Shown here: piece after piece, positions 1 through 10,169 of the stretch
Position numbering within the stretch: position 1 is the stretch's first letter
Layout of the letters: every line of letters starts with the position of its first letter
Virus record (IMG/VR): IMGVR_UViG_3300031111_000529
Location: 1-52,630 of that record
Direction: 5' to 3' (one strand)
DNA: 52,630 nucleotides
DNA from: a virus
Lineage: Duplodnaviria; Caudoviricetes
Made by a program: the position numbers and the translations under genes
Notes under the pieces: generated by a model
Seen by the model: only the letters and a program-made list of their open reading frames with translations
The model's database searches: none
Told to the model about the DNA's origin: nothing

Positions 1-67
1 CCTCACAGGGAGCTGATGTCGATCTTTTAGCAGTTGCACGATCCCTACCCAGTTCGAGTTGACATGT

Positions 68-1426
68 TCAGATTGCCGGCAACGCCGCGACCGCCCCGGC
101 CGTGTCGGCGAGGTCGAGGTGGGTGTAGGTGTTCATCGTCAGGCGGATGTCGCTGTGTCGCATGAGCTTCTGAGCCACGCTGGGTGAGACACCGTTGCGG
201 GCCAGCAGCGTGGCGAAGGTGTGCCGCAGGCAATGAACGTCCACGGTTCGGCCCTGAGCGTCACGCTTGGGTATCCCTGCGGCTTTCAGGTCAAGATTGA
301 ACCCTCGTAGGAAGTTCCGCCCTGCGTTGAACAGCGGCATGTCCTGGATGGCTTGGCCGCCACTGGCCAGCCGGTCAACGTGCCTTCGCAGGTCGTCGGC
401 GAGGTCGCCTCGCAGAGGCAACGTCGCAGCCCGGCCACTCTTGGCGTGCTTGCCTTCGATGCAAACGTACGGGTTGGCCTCGTCAAGGCACAGCGCACCG
501 ACGGTAAGCGAAGCCACCTCCCCACGGCGAAGACCGGTGAGGATCATGAACTTGTAGGTCAGCGCCCGCTCCTGCCCGAGGCGTTCCAGACGCCTCCGCT
601 CCTTCTCGCTTACCTTGGCCAGCGGCTTGCCCTTGTTCTTGCCGCGACGAATGGTGAGGGCATCCTGTAGCGGCCGCTCCTGCGCCGCCTTGAGCAGCTT
701 GGCGATCTCGTCCTCCGTCAGCGGGCGACGTTTCCTCGCCGGCTCGGCTTCCTCAGCTTTGGGTAGCCCAGCCAGCGGATTGGCCGTCAACCGTCCCTCT
801 GCCACGCACCAGTTACAGAATGCCACGGTTGCCGCCCGGTGCATGTTGATGGTTCGGGCCGACAATGGCTGGGAATCAGGATCGCTCGGCTCGCGAGGCG
901 TCTGTGCCAGCTTCACCATCCATCGCTGGAGCGTCTGGCGGCCGATGTCCTTCAGCGTTCGGAAGGCACACTCACGAACGACCCGCTCCAGTTCCGTCCG
1001 CACGTGGCGGACGTGCTTCGGCGAGACGCGCCTGCCACGGATCGTCTTGACGGCCAGTTGGGCCAGATAGTCTTTGGTGTGCTTGCCGATGGGCGTTTCG
1101 AGTTGGCTGGCGGCCGCCATCTCGCCCTGACTCATGACGCCCGCCTTGACCTTCTCCACGTCGGCCAGAATGTCCGCGAGTACCTTCTCCGCGGCTCGCT
1201 TGTCGCGGCAGCCGGTCGATTGTCGCCGCATCTTGCCAGAGGCGTCACGGTACCGGACGTACCAGCAGTCTGAGACAAACTGGACGCGCCCATCGTCGAG
1301 CAATTCCGCCGTCCGCAACTGGCCCTTGCCGTTGGTCCAGCGAGCCAGCTTCTTACCTCGCTGGGTGATGATATCCGCCTCGTCGGGCATGGGGATCGGA
1401 TAGCTCTTCTTGTAGATTGTTGCCAT
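68..1426 (-). CDS. int: Tyrosine recombinase / phage integrase
   Basis: Catalytic motifs TGLRRGE (R), HAKSG (K), HCLRH (HxxR) and LMRHSDIRLTMNTYTH (H...Y); N-terminal arm-binding-like WYVRYRD segment. Confidence 0.96.
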   Translation of the reverse strand: MATIYKKSYPIPMPDEADIITQRGKKLARWTNGKGQLRTAELLDDGRVQFVSDCWYVRYRDASGKMRRQSTGCRDKRAAEKVLADILADVEKVKAGVMSQGEMAAASQLETPIGKHTKDYLAQLAVKTIRGRRVSPKHVRHVRTELERVVRECAFRTLKDIGRQTLQRWMVKLAQTPREPSDPDSQPLSARTINMHRAATVAFCNWCVAEGRLTANPLAGLPKAEEAEPARKRRPLTEDEIAKLLKAAQERPLQDALTIRRGKNKGKPLAKVSEKERRRLERLGQERALTYKFMILTGLRRGEVASLTVGALCLDEANPYVCIEGKHAKSGRAATLPLRGDLADDLRRHVDRLASGGQAIQDMPLFNAGRNFLRGFNLDLKAAGIPKRDAQGRTVDVHCLRHTFATLLARNGVSPSVAQKLMRHSDIRLTMNTYTHLDLADTAGAVAALPAI

Positions 1427-1492
1427 CTGCGCTCCATTCCGCAGGCATCGCCGGCCCTGCGTGACACACTGAGCGGTGGTTCCGCCCCGGCC

Positions 1493-1780
1493 TCAAGGGC
1501 TTTCTGGCACAGGTCTTGGAGAGTTCTGCGGGCCTGTTCTGGGCCGCACGTTGGCCACTGTCGGCACCGGACAGCCTTCGGCGATCCAGCGTTCGAGGAC
1601 CTCACGGGGCCAGCGGATCAGCCCGCCAATTCGAGCGGGTCGAGGAATGCGCCCTTTGTCCACCAGGCGGTAGACGGTCCTTGGCGAGCAGGCCAGCAGT
1701 GTGGCCACGCCGTCGACGGTGAGCATGATGGACTGGGCGGGAAGATTCTGATCGTTGGGACGAGTGTGCTGCTCTTGCAT
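1493..1780 (-). CDS. Excisionase / AlpA-like HTH protein
   Basis: MLTVDGVATLLACSPRTVYRLVDKGRIPRPARIGGLIRW is a typical HTH_17/AlpA signature; directly upstream of int; start taken at ATG 1780. Confidence 0.88.
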   Translation of the reverse strand: MQEQHTRPNDQNLPAQSIMLTVDGVATLLACSPRTVYRLVDKGRIPRPARIGGLIRWPREVLERWIAEGCPVPTVANVRPRTGPQNSPRPVPESP

Positions 1781-1901
1781 GGTGACAATCCTTCCGTGGC
1801 GATGACGAAGCTCGCAGAGGGCAGCCGATCGTCGCTCTTCGCCAACGGCCTTCGACCAGCGACCAGTGCGCTGTCCGGCAAGCATTCGGACGGACCAGTC
1901 T

Positions 1902-1940
1902 CTATTAGTTACTTACCCCGTGGGGGCCAAAAACGTCGGA
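1902..1940 (-). promoter_or_regulatory. Bipartite motif copy 1 (putative phage-sigma promoter of xis-int)
   Basis: Minus strand reads TCCGACG-tttttggccccca-CGGGGTAAGTAACTAATAG; same boxes and 13-nt spacer as at 13230 and 28069. Confidence 0.8.
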
Positions 1941-2111
1941 CCGGCGTCCGAGGTGGACGGAGTTGTTGGCCCAGAGAGGGCGGTCGCCAGCTCCCTTCGT
2001 GACCACGCCCATAGGTGCTCCGCAGATTCTCTTGTTGAGAAAACCTGGCAAATGCGGACAATATCGGGTTCAACCTCGCGGGGTGCACGTCCCAGGGCTG
2101 AGGAGTCTTGA

Positions 2112-2291
2112 ATGGCAGTGGGATTTGGCGACATCCTGACGCTGTACGACGTGGAGGAGTCCTCTGAGACTCCCTGGTCCACGCTCCACAAGCTGGCCCA
2201 GGAGAACAAGCCCTGCGGCCAGCGGCGCCGCTTCCACAAGGAAGCCATCGATCCATGGATGAAGGCCGGAGCGAGGAAGGTTCTGAGGTAG
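2112..2291 (+). CDS. Small, divergent HTH_17-family DNA-binding protein (59 aa, absent from ORF track; possibly decaying)
   Basis: GAGGAG RBS; translation MAVGFGDILTLYDVEESSETPWSTLHKLAQENKPCGQRRRFHKEAIDPWMKAGARKVLR resembles the consensus ILTxxEvaeyL..stlYkLaqeGkiPg.kvG..WRF.keaIDrW, with a deletion in the wing. Confidence 0.6.
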   Translation: MAVGFGDILTLYDVEESSETPWSTLHKLAQENKPCGQRRRFHKEAIDPWMKAGARKVLR

Positions 2292-2295
2292 AAGC

Positions 2296-5200
2296 ATGCC
2301 GAGCAGGACAAGCAAGAGCGGCAGTGAACTGTTCATTGTGGACAACAGTGATGCAGACTGGAAGGTCCAGCGTTACCTGCGCGATTGGTGCCAGATCTCG
2401 AAGCAGTTGGATGTCGCTACGGGCTATTTTGAGATCGGTTCTCTATTGTCGCTGGGGGATGCTTGGGAGAGGGTGGATCATGTTCGCATCCTGATGGGCG
2501 ACGAGGTATCTCTTCGCACGAAGCGTGCCTTCGAAGAAGGGCTGGCGCACGCCACCGGAACACTGGATGAGAGCATTGAGGCCGCCAAGGAAACCAATGA
2601 CTTTCTGGTCGGCGTGCCAGCCATCGTTGAAGGGATCCGTAGTGGCAAGATAGCCTGCCGCGTGTACCGTAAGGACAAGTTCCACGCTAAGGCCTACATC
2701 ACGCACGGCCGGCTGGACGTGGTCGGGGCCTCCGCCTTGGTTGGGTCATCAAACTTCACGCACCCCGGGCTGACGGAAAACCTTGAACTCAACGTTCAGA
2801 TCACCGGCAGTCCGGTGAGTGTCCTTCAGGAGTGGTACGAGGAGCACTGGAACAATGCGGAAGACGTGACGCCGGAGATCCTCAGGACTATCGAACGCCA
2901 CACGCGGGAGTATCCCCCCTTCGAGGTCTACGCGCGAAGTCTGCAGGAGTACTTCCGCAGCCACGAGCTGACGGCCGACGAATGGGAACGGCGTGACTCA
3001 AAGATGTACCCGGTCCTGGCCACGTACCAGCGACATGGGTACCACGGCTTGCTGAAGAGAGCCAGGAAGTACGGCGGCGCCTTCCTTTGCGACGGCGTGG
3101 GTTTGGGCAAGACCTACATCGGACTAATGGCCATCGAGCGCCTTGTCCTCCACGAGAAGAAACGCGTCGCGCTCTTCGTCCCGAAGGCCGCACGGGAAGC
3201 CGTCTGGGAAAGCAAGATCAAGAAACACCTGCCGGAGATTCTCGGCGGGTTCCTGAGCTTCCGCATCTACAACCATACGGACCTGCTCCGTACAAACAGG
3301 CAGATTCGCCTCGAACTGGAGCAGATGAAGGAACAGGCGGACGTGGTGATGATCGATGAGGCCCATCACTTCCGCAACACCGGCATTCGCGGTGAGGATG
3401 AAGGTGATCGCAGAAGCCGTTACTGGGAAATGTTCGACATCTGCGATGGCAAGCAGCTCTTCCTGCTTACCGCCACGCCCGTCAACAACCGCCTGACCGA
3501 CTTCCAGCACATGACCGAATTGTTCTCGCGCCGGAAGGCGGAGTACTTCGGCATTGCTCCCCTTGGCATCCACAGCCTGCCCGGCCATGTCCGCACGTTG
3601 GAGAAACAGATTGAGGCCGCTGCCAAAGGACGCGAAGAGGAACTGAGCGAAGGCACGGCAGCCCTTGAGGAAGACAACGCTGAAACAAACCTGGCGGAAG
3701 CCGAGCAGATCCTGCGCGATGACTCACTCTTCGAGGAACTCGTCGTCCAGCGCAGCCGGGCTTACGTCAAGCAGTCCCTCGCCGAAGAGGACGGCCAAGT
3801 GCTTTTCCCGCAGTCCTCACCCCCGAAGGTCGTCCCCTACTCCGTCAAGCAGACCTACGGCAAACTGCTGAAGATGGTGGAGGATGCCTTCCACCAAAAG
3901 AAGCCGCTGTTCTCGCTGGCAATGTACTACCCATGGGACTACTACACCGGCGAACGTGACTTAACCGAGCAAGACGCCGCCATGACCGTTGGCCGCCAGA
4001 AGCAAGTAGCCCGACTGATTCGCACATCCTTCCTCAAGCGATTTGAGAGTTCGGTCTTCGCTTTCAAGGCGTCGTGCGAAACATTGATGAAGAAGCTGAT
4101 CGCCTTCTACCAAGTTCATGCCGAGGATCGCCACGACAAGGATCGCCTGGACAAGTGGCTCGGCCGCAACAAGGACATTACAGGCTTCGACCCGCACAAG
4201 CAGCACACCCTCTTCCCCGACCAGAAGGATCTGGAACTTGAGGAAGAGGACGTTGTGGAGCCGGAGTATTTCGAGAAGGCGTACAAGGATCGGCTCAGCC
4301 CGGATGAGTTCAACATTCCCGGTCTCCTGGCTGATGCCCTAAATGACCTGAACACTATCGCCGATTTCCTCAAGGAACTGGCCCTATTCGAGCCAAAGCA
4401 GGACAAGAAACTCCAGGCGCTCATCCAGCTGCTTCGCGGGCATACGCCGGGGTTGAAAGACGTTGCTCTCCAGCGCCACAAGCTGCTGGTCTTCACCGAG
4501 TTCAAGGACACGGCCCGTTATCTCGCTGAGCAACTCATCGAGGCCGGGTTCGCCGACGTGGTCGAGATCGACTCCCGCACACACTCCAACGGCCGGCTGG
4601 CCGTGATCCGAGCATTTGCTCCTTACTACAACGACTCATCCAGCGCGGACCTGGCCGCCAAAGGCCTGGACGAGACGCGCATCCTGATCTCGACGGATGT
4701 CCTCTCAGAAGGCCTGAACCTCCAGGACGCCACGCGTCTGGTCAACTACGACCTGCACTGGAACCCCGTGCGGCTCATGCAGCGCATTGGCCGAATCGAC
4801 CGGCGGCTAGACCCCGCTGTCGAGGCCCAGATGATCGCTGACCGCCCGGAGATCGAGAAGTTCCGCGGCATGATCCAGTACTACAACTTCCTCCCGCCGG
4901 ACGAATTGAACGAGCTTCTCAGTCTCTACAAGACCGTCACCCACAAGACGCTTCGCATCTCCAAGACCTTCGGCATCGAGAACGGCAAGCTGCTCCGCCC
5001 GGACGATGATTACGATATCCTCCGCGACTTCGTACGCCAGTGCGAGGGAACCGAATCGCAGAGCGAGGGCCTCAGCCTGGAGTTCCAGAAGCTGCTCAAG
5101 GACAACCCCGACATCGAGGCCAGAATCAGCCAATTCCCCAACCGCGTCTTCGCCGGTAAGGAATCGCTCAGTCCCGACACCACAGGCGTCTTCTTCTGCT

Positions 5201-5490
5201 ACGCCCGCCCAGCCAAGGATATAGACAGCGACGACTGGACCATCGAAGCCGGAGACGTGAGGTGGTATCTCTACGACCTTGCCACGGAGAAGATCATCGA
5301 AGACCCATACGAGATCGTCCAGCACATCCGCTCCGGCCCGGACACTCCGCGCGTTTGCCGCATGGGACAAGACGATCTCATCGAGATCCGTAAGAAGATG
5401 GACAAGTACATCAAGAACAGCTACCTCAAAAAGGTCCAGGCTCCAATCGGCGTGAAGCCGGTCCTCCGCACCTGGATGGAGCTAGCCTAG
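2296..5490 (+). CDS. PLD-family nuclease fused to SNF2-type SF2 helicase (restriction subunit-like)
   Basis: FHAKAY...GSSNFT...NLELN (PLD HxK motif); DGVGLGKT (Walker A), IDEAHHFRN, TATP, SEGLNLQ, QRIGRIDR (helicase motifs). Confidence 0.9.
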   Translation: MPSRTSKSGSELFIVDNSDADWKVQRYLRDWCQISKQLDVATGYFEIGSLLSLGDAWERVDHVRILMGDEVSLRTKRAFEEGLAHATGTLDESIEAAKETNDFLVGVPAIVEGIRSGKIACRVYRKDKFHAKAYITHGRLDVVGASALVGSSNFTHPGLTENLELNVQITGSPVSVLQEWYEEHWNNAEDVTPEILRTIERHTREYPPFEVYARSLQEYFRSHELTADEWERRDSKMYPVLATYQRHGYHGLLKRARKYGGAFLCDGVGLGKTYIGLMAIERLVLHEKKRVALFVPKAAREAVWESKIKKHLPEILGGFLSFRIYNHTDLLRTNRQIRLELEQMKEQADVVMIDEAHHFRNTGIRGEDEGDRRSRYWEMFDICDGKQLFLLTATPVNNRLTDFQHMTELFSRRKAEYFGIAPLGIHSLPGHVRTLEKQIEAAAKGREEELSEGTAALEEDNAETNLAEAEQILRDDSLFEELVVQRSRAYVKQSLAEEDGQVLFPQSSPPKVVPYSVKQTYGKLLKMVEDAFHQKKPLFSLAMYYPWDYYTGERDLTEQDAAMTVGRQKQVARLIRTSFLKRFESSVFAFKASCETLMKKLIAFYQVHAEDRHDKDRLDKWLGRNKDITGFDPHKQHTLFPDQKDLELEEEDVVEPEYFEKAYKDRLSPDEFNIPGLLADALNDLNTIADFLKELALFEPKQDKKLQALIQLLRGHTPGLKDVALQRHKLLVFTEFKDTARYLAEQLIEAGFADVVEIDSRTHSNGRLAVIRAFAPYYNDSSSADLAAKGLDETRILISTDVLSEGLNLQDATRLVNYDLHWNPVRLMQRIGRIDRRLDPAVEAQMIADRPEIEKFRGMIQYYNFLPPDELNELLSLYKTVTHKTLRISKTFGIENGKLLRPDDDYDILRDFVRQCEGTESQSEGLSLEFQKLLKDNPDIEARISQFPNRVFAGKESLSPDTTGVFFCYARPAKDIDSDDWTIEAGDVRWYLYDLATEKIIEDPYEIVQHIRSGPDTPRVCRMGQDDLIEIRKKMDKYIKNSYLKKVQAPIGVKPVLRTWMELA

Positions 5491-5508
5491 GGACAAGGGG
5501 TGTGATCA

Positions 5509-8500
5509 ATGTCTGAAGAGATTCGAGAGCAGCTGCAGGCCATCAAGACGTTCCCTTCGCTGGTCAAGTACCTCCGAGATGAACTCGACTGGCCCATCGA
5601 AGCCGATGACTTCGATGACCTGACCTTTGACTACGAGCCCGAAGAACTGGGCATCGATGCCAAGACGGCCGCGAAGATCGAGTACGTCAAACAGCTCCGC
5701 CCCCTTGAGGACGGCCAGCCCTGGGGCATCTTCTTCGTCAAGTTCGAGCCCAAGCGGCTCCCCGTCGTCGCCATGCGCCGCATCCTCCGCGGCCTAGCTG
5801 TCAAGAAGCGTGCCTCCGCCAACCGGGCCGACAGGGCTGCCTGGGCCAGGACCGACCTGCTGTTTATCTCAGCCTACGGCGAGAACGAGCAACGTCACAT
5901 CAACTTCGCCCACTTCCACGAGAGTCCACAGAACGGCGACCTGCCCGTCCTGCGCGTTCTTGGCTGGGATGGCTCGGACACCGCCCTGCACATCGACCAC
6001 GTCCACGAGACGCTCACGAGCAGGCTGCGCTGGCCAGATGACGTTCTGGATGCCAATGCTTGGCGGGAGACCTGGGCCGGCGCCTTTACCCTTAAACACC
6101 GCGAGGTCATCACCACCAGCAAGCAGATGGCCATTCGTCTGGCCGACCTTGCCCGGCAGATCCGCAAGAAGATCAACTCCATCCTGGCCATCGAGAAACA
6201 AAGCGGTCCCATGCATAAACTCATGGCTGCCTTCAAGGAAGCCCTCATTCACGACCTGTCAGAAGATGACTTCGCCGATACTTTTGCTCAGACCATTAGC
6301 TATGGGCTTCTGATCGCAGGCATGTCTCGTACCGTCAACGGTGAAGGCACGGCTGTGATCGCGACCGATATTGTCGAGATGGTTCCCAGAACGAACCCCT
6401 TTCTCCGCGAAATGCTTGCGACATTCCTAACCGTCGGGGGGCGTAGAGGCAGGCTGGACTTCGATGAACTGGGCATCAGTGACGTCGTCGATGTTCTTCG
6501 CAGCCCGGATACGCACATGGAGGCCGTCAAACGCGACGTTGGCGACGCAAATGTACGAGAAGATCCTGCCCTCTATTTCTACGAGCTGTTCCTGAAAGAA
6601 TACGACGCTAAGAAGCGCATGCAGCGCGGCGTCTTCTACACCCCCCGGCCGGTCGTATCCTACATCGTCCGCTCCGTCCACGAGCTGCTCCAGACCGAGT
6701 TCGGCTTGGAAGACGGCCTTGCCGACACGACTACCTGGGGGGAGATGGTCGAGAGATGTCCCGACCTCAAGCTGCCGACCATCAAGGTCAAGAAGCCCGA
6801 CTTGCCTGACCTGGTGAATGAGCCCATTGATCCCTCCACCCCGTTTATCCAGATACTCGACCCGGCCACCGGCACCGGCACCTTCCTTGTCGAGGTCATC
6901 GACGTCGTCCACAAGACGATGAAGCAGAAGTGGCTCGATGGTGGCCACTTGCCTCTGCAGATTCCCGAACTGTGGAACGACTACGTGCCCGAGCACCTTC
7001 TGCCACGTCTGTACGGCTACGAACTCATGATGGCCCCATATGCCATCGCCCACATGAAGATCGGCCTGAAGCTCTTCGAGACCGGCTACCGCTTCGGAAC
7101 CGACGAGCGGGCCCGCATCTATCTCACCAACGCACTCGAGCCCGCGCAGGACTTCTCAGACACGTTCGAGCAGATGGCCCCCGCCCTAGCCCACGAAGCC
7201 CAGGCCGTCAACGACGTCAAGCGGCATCATCGCTTCACCGTAGTGATCGGGAATCCACCGTATTCCGCGCTATCCGCCAATCTGACCGAACAGGCGCGTC
7301 GACTCGTGACACGGTTTAAGTACATTGATGGCATCAAACTCCACGAACGCGGCGCGTTGCAGTTGGAGAAGAATCTTCAGGATGACTATGTCAAGTTCTT
7401 GGCCATTACCGAAGATCACTTGAGCGAAAGCGGGATTGGCGCTTGCGGCATCATCTGCAATCACGGTTTCATCGACAATCCCACTCTACGAGGTCTACGC
7501 TGGTCGCTGTTGGACCGTTTCAGCAACCAGTGGGTCCTGGATCTGCACGGCAATGTCAATCGCCGCGAAGTCGCGCCGGACGGCTCGCCCGATCAGAATA
7601 TCTTCGACATCAAGGACGCGGGGGTAGCAATCTTCCTCGCCACACGCGGCCAGCGCACATGTTCTGCGGACGCTGGACTGCGCCAAGCGGACCTCTGGGG
7701 GGGAGACCGTGTGACGCAGAAATACCCATTTCTGTCGACGGAGTCAGCCGCGACAACGCCGTGGGAATCGGTCTCGACCGGCCCCGAGCTGTACCTGTTC
7801 TGCAACATCGGTGGCCCCGACGCGGAAGAATACGCGGCTTGGCCTAAGGCTACGGAGGTCTTTCCGCTGCACAGTATCGGCATGATTACGGCGCGGGACG
7901 CGTACGTCATTGACTTCGAGCCGGGGCTGGTCTTAGAGCGGGCGAAGGCCTTCCGCGGCTCAACTTTGGATGACGAGGCGACGTGCCAGGCGCTGGGCAT
8001 TCCGTTAAAGAAAGGCTGGAACATTGCTCGGGCGCGCCAGCGGATTCAGCAAGTGACGAACCTGGCATCCTGCGTTCACCCGCTGCTGTACCGTCCGTTC
8101 GACATCCGGCCTGTGTTCTATCACGAATCGCTGATCTGGGGCATGGCCTGGCCAGTGATGCAGCACATGCTCGAAGGGCAGAACTTGGCCCTGATCACAT
8201 CGCGGATGACGAAGGGGGAGGACTTCCAGCATGTGTTGGTTAGCCGGGGTCTTTCCGAGGTGATTCTGCTTTCGTCGAAGACCTCCAACAACGCCTTCGT
8301 TTTCCCGTTGTACTTACGCAATCAGGAGGACATGCTTCATGCTGGCGGCACGACGAACATCAGCACGGAGTATACCCGAAGCATCTCGCAGGTCATCGGT
8401 GGCGCTGCACCTCCTCAAGCGATCTTTCAGTACATCTATGCCGTGCTGCACAGTCTAACGTACCGTAAGCGGTACGTGCATCTGCTGAAGCGCGACTTTC

Positions 8501-8991
8501 CGCGCATCCCGGTTCCAGCGACTGCGCATGTCTTCGACGGCCTGGCCGAATTGGGCGGGGAACTGGTTCCTCTGCACCTTCTGGAGTCCCCGCTGCTGGA
8601 CAAGCCGATTACCGCCTACACCGGCCCGGCAAATCCGGAGGTGGAGAAGGTCAGCTACAGCGACGAAACCGTCTGGCTGGACAGGGCCAAGACCCGTGGC
8701 TTTGAGGGCGTGCCGGAAGACGTCTGGAACTTCCACATCGGCGGGTACCAAGTCTGCCACAAGTGGCTCAAGGATCGCCAGGCCAAGGGCGGCAGGAACC
8801 CACGCCCCGGCCGCGTACTCAAGAAAGACGACGTCGAGCACTACCGCAAGATCGTCACGGCCCTCCACCACACCATCCGCCTCATGGGCGAGATCGACGA
8901 AGTCATCGAGCAGCACGGCGGCTGGCCCGACGCCTTCATCACTGACCCAAAGGTCTTGGAAGGCCTGAAATCAAGAGATGGGAAGCCATAG
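5509..8991 (+). CDS. N6-adenine DNA methyltransferase with C-terminal target-recognition domain (Type ISP/IIG-like)
   Basis: GVFYTP, ILDPATGTGTF (SAM binding), VIGNPPY (catalytic); C-terminal YRPFD, YIYAVLHS.YR.RY...DFPRIP and IGGYQVCHKWLKDR as in Type ISP specificity domains. Confidence 0.92.
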   Translation: MSEEIREQLQAIKTFPSLVKYLRDELDWPIEADDFDDLTFDYEPEELGIDAKTAAKIEYVKQLRPLEDGQPWGIFFVKFEPKRLPVVAMRRILRGLAVKKRASANRADRAAWARTDLLFISAYGENEQRHINFAHFHESPQNGDLPVLRVLGWDGSDTALHIDHVHETLTSRLRWPDDVLDANAWRETWAGAFTLKHREVITTSKQMAIRLADLARQIRKKINSILAIEKQSGPMHKLMAAFKEALIHDLSEDDFADTFAQTISYGLLIAGMSRTVNGEGTAVIATDIVEMVPRTNPFLREMLATFLTVGGRRGRLDFDELGISDVVDVLRSPDTHMEAVKRDVGDANVREDPALYFYELFLKEYDAKKRMQRGVFYTPRPVVSYIVRSVHELLQTEFGLEDGLADTTTWGEMVERCPDLKLPTIKVKKPDLPDLVNEPIDPSTPFIQILDPATGTGTFLVEVIDVVHKTMKQKWLDGGHLPLQIPELWNDYVPEHLLPRLYGYELMMAPYAIAHMKIGLKLFETGYRFGTDERARIYLTNALEPAQDFSDTFEQMAPALAHEAQAVNDVKRHHRFTVVIGNPPYSALSANLTEQARRLVTRFKYIDGIKLHERGALQLEKNLQDDYVKFLAITEDHLSESGIGACGIICNHGFIDNPTLRGLRWSLLDRFSNQWVLDLHGNVNRREVAPDGSPDQNIFDIKDAGVAIFLATRGQRTCSADAGLRQADLWGGDRVTQKYPFLSTESAATTPWESVSTGPELYLFCNIGGPDAEEYAAWPKATEVFPLHSIGMITARDAYVIDFEPGLVLERAKAFRGSTLDDEATCQALGIPLKKGWNIARARQRIQQVTNLASCVHPLLYRPFDIRPVFYHESLIWGMAWPVMQHMLEGQNLALITSRMTKGEDFQHVLVSRGLSEVILLSSKTSNNAFVFPLYLRNQEDMLHAGGTTNISTEYTRSISQVIGGAAPPQAIFQYIYAVLHSLTYRKRYVHLLKRDFPRIPVPATAHVFDGLAELGGELVPLHLLESPLLDKPITAYTGPANPEVEKVSYSDETVWLDRAKTRGFEGVPEDVWNFHIGGYQVCHKWLKDRQAKGGRNPRPGRVLKKDDVEHYRKIVTALHHTIRLMGEIDEVIEQHGGWPDAFITDPKVLEGLKSRDGKP

Positions 8992-9027
8992 TCGCCTCTC
9001 ATCTGGAGCGACAGCCCACTAAGCCGC

Positions 9028-9387
9028 ATGGGAACACTTACCATAGACAATCAGGACGGCCTTCACTTGCGGACCAATGCTCCTGCTGAGCAGGCCCAAC
9101 GTTATGCGGCTGCGTTCCGCCAGGTATGGCAGACGATTCACCCAAATGACCGGCAGAGAGCCAAGGGCCACTGGCTCGGCAATAGCCCCACCGGACATCG
9201 AGCTGAGCGACCTGTGGCAACACAACGAGCGGGCTGGGCAACGGTATATTCTGGACCTGCTATTGAGCGTAACCAATCTGAGCGTTCAGACAATGGATAC
9301 CGTGGACAGCCTGCCGACGCTGGACCTCTCCGCGGGGGCGGAGAGATGATCCGAAACAGAAGCATGGAGTTGCCAGCGAAGGAGTAA
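9028..9387 (+). pseudogene. Hypothetical ORF, possibly frameshifted remnant
   Basis: Protein-like N-terminus (MGTLTIDNQDGLHLRTNAP...FRQVWQTIHP) seems to continue in the overlapping frame (PPDIELSDLWQH) after a C-run near 9186; no recognisable family. Confidence 0.3.
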
Positions 9388-9392
9388 TCCTC

Positions 9393-10169
9393 ATGGGCCA
9401 CAACCGACTTCATGTAATCGCGCAGACGCGGCTTTGGCGCGAGGTGGTCGGCACGCTGGAAGACCACGACAGTGGGATGGCCGATGTTGCGTCGGCGACG
9501 GCGACGGCCGCGCAGACCGGCCTTCAACGGGCCAAGGGGGACGAAGGGCTTTCGTACGCATTCTGGCTTCTCTGCCAGATTCCGCTGGCCGCCAAGAAGG
9601 CCGACTTCGGCAAGGGCCTTCGCGGGCTGGGGCTGGACGTCCCCGACGCGCCTTCGACGTTCGACGTAGCCGCCGGTTTCACTGAGGCCGTCGAGTCCCA
9701 CCTTCGCCGGACCCGAGGCCGGACAGACATAGGTGAAATCGCCCAACTGGCCGCTGCCGAGTGCCTGACCGCCACGGCGACGCAGGCGCTGAAGGGCCTG
9801 TTCAGTTCAGAGGCCGAGAACGTCCAGAACACCTTCGGGGGGCAGGCGACGCAGAAGAACTTCGGCTTCTTCGCCCAGGACTTCTTCGCACGGTTTGCGA
9901 GCCGCTTCCTGGCATACCACCTCAGCCGGGAGCTTTCGAACCATGTCGGCGAAGGTCGTCGGTTTGCGAACATATCCGAGCATGAGCAGTTCAAGGAAGC
10001 GATGGAGCTTCATTGCCGCCAGACCGCCCGCATTGTGCGGGAGTATGCCGGGACCTGGCATTCGAAGACAAGCTATGAATCGGGAATCACGCCCCGGAAG
10101 GCCAAGCGATTCGTCGCCCATGCGATGACCAAGCTGAGCGATGAGCTTTCGCGAAGGGAGGGGCGATGA
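9393..10169 (+). CDS. Alpha-helical partner of the QueC-like enzyme (QatB-analogous; N-terminus Met-Gly-His)
   Basis: AAGGAG RBS; 258 aa, Ala-rich and helical; stop overlaps the QueC start (ATGA). QatB analogy is inferred from position, size and Gly2. Confidence 0.75.
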   Translation: MGHNRLHVIAQTRLWREVVGTLEDHDSGMADVASATATAAQTGLQRAKGDEGLSYAFWLLCQIPLAAKKADFGKGLRGLGLDVPDAPSTFDVAAGFTEAVESHLRRTRGRTDIGEIAQLAAAECLTATATQALKGLFSSEAENVQNTFGGQATQKNFGFFAQDFFARFASRFLAYHLSRELSNHVGEGRRFANISEHEQFKEAMELHCRQTARIVREYAGTWHSKTSYESGITPRKAKRFVAHAMTKLSDELSRREGR

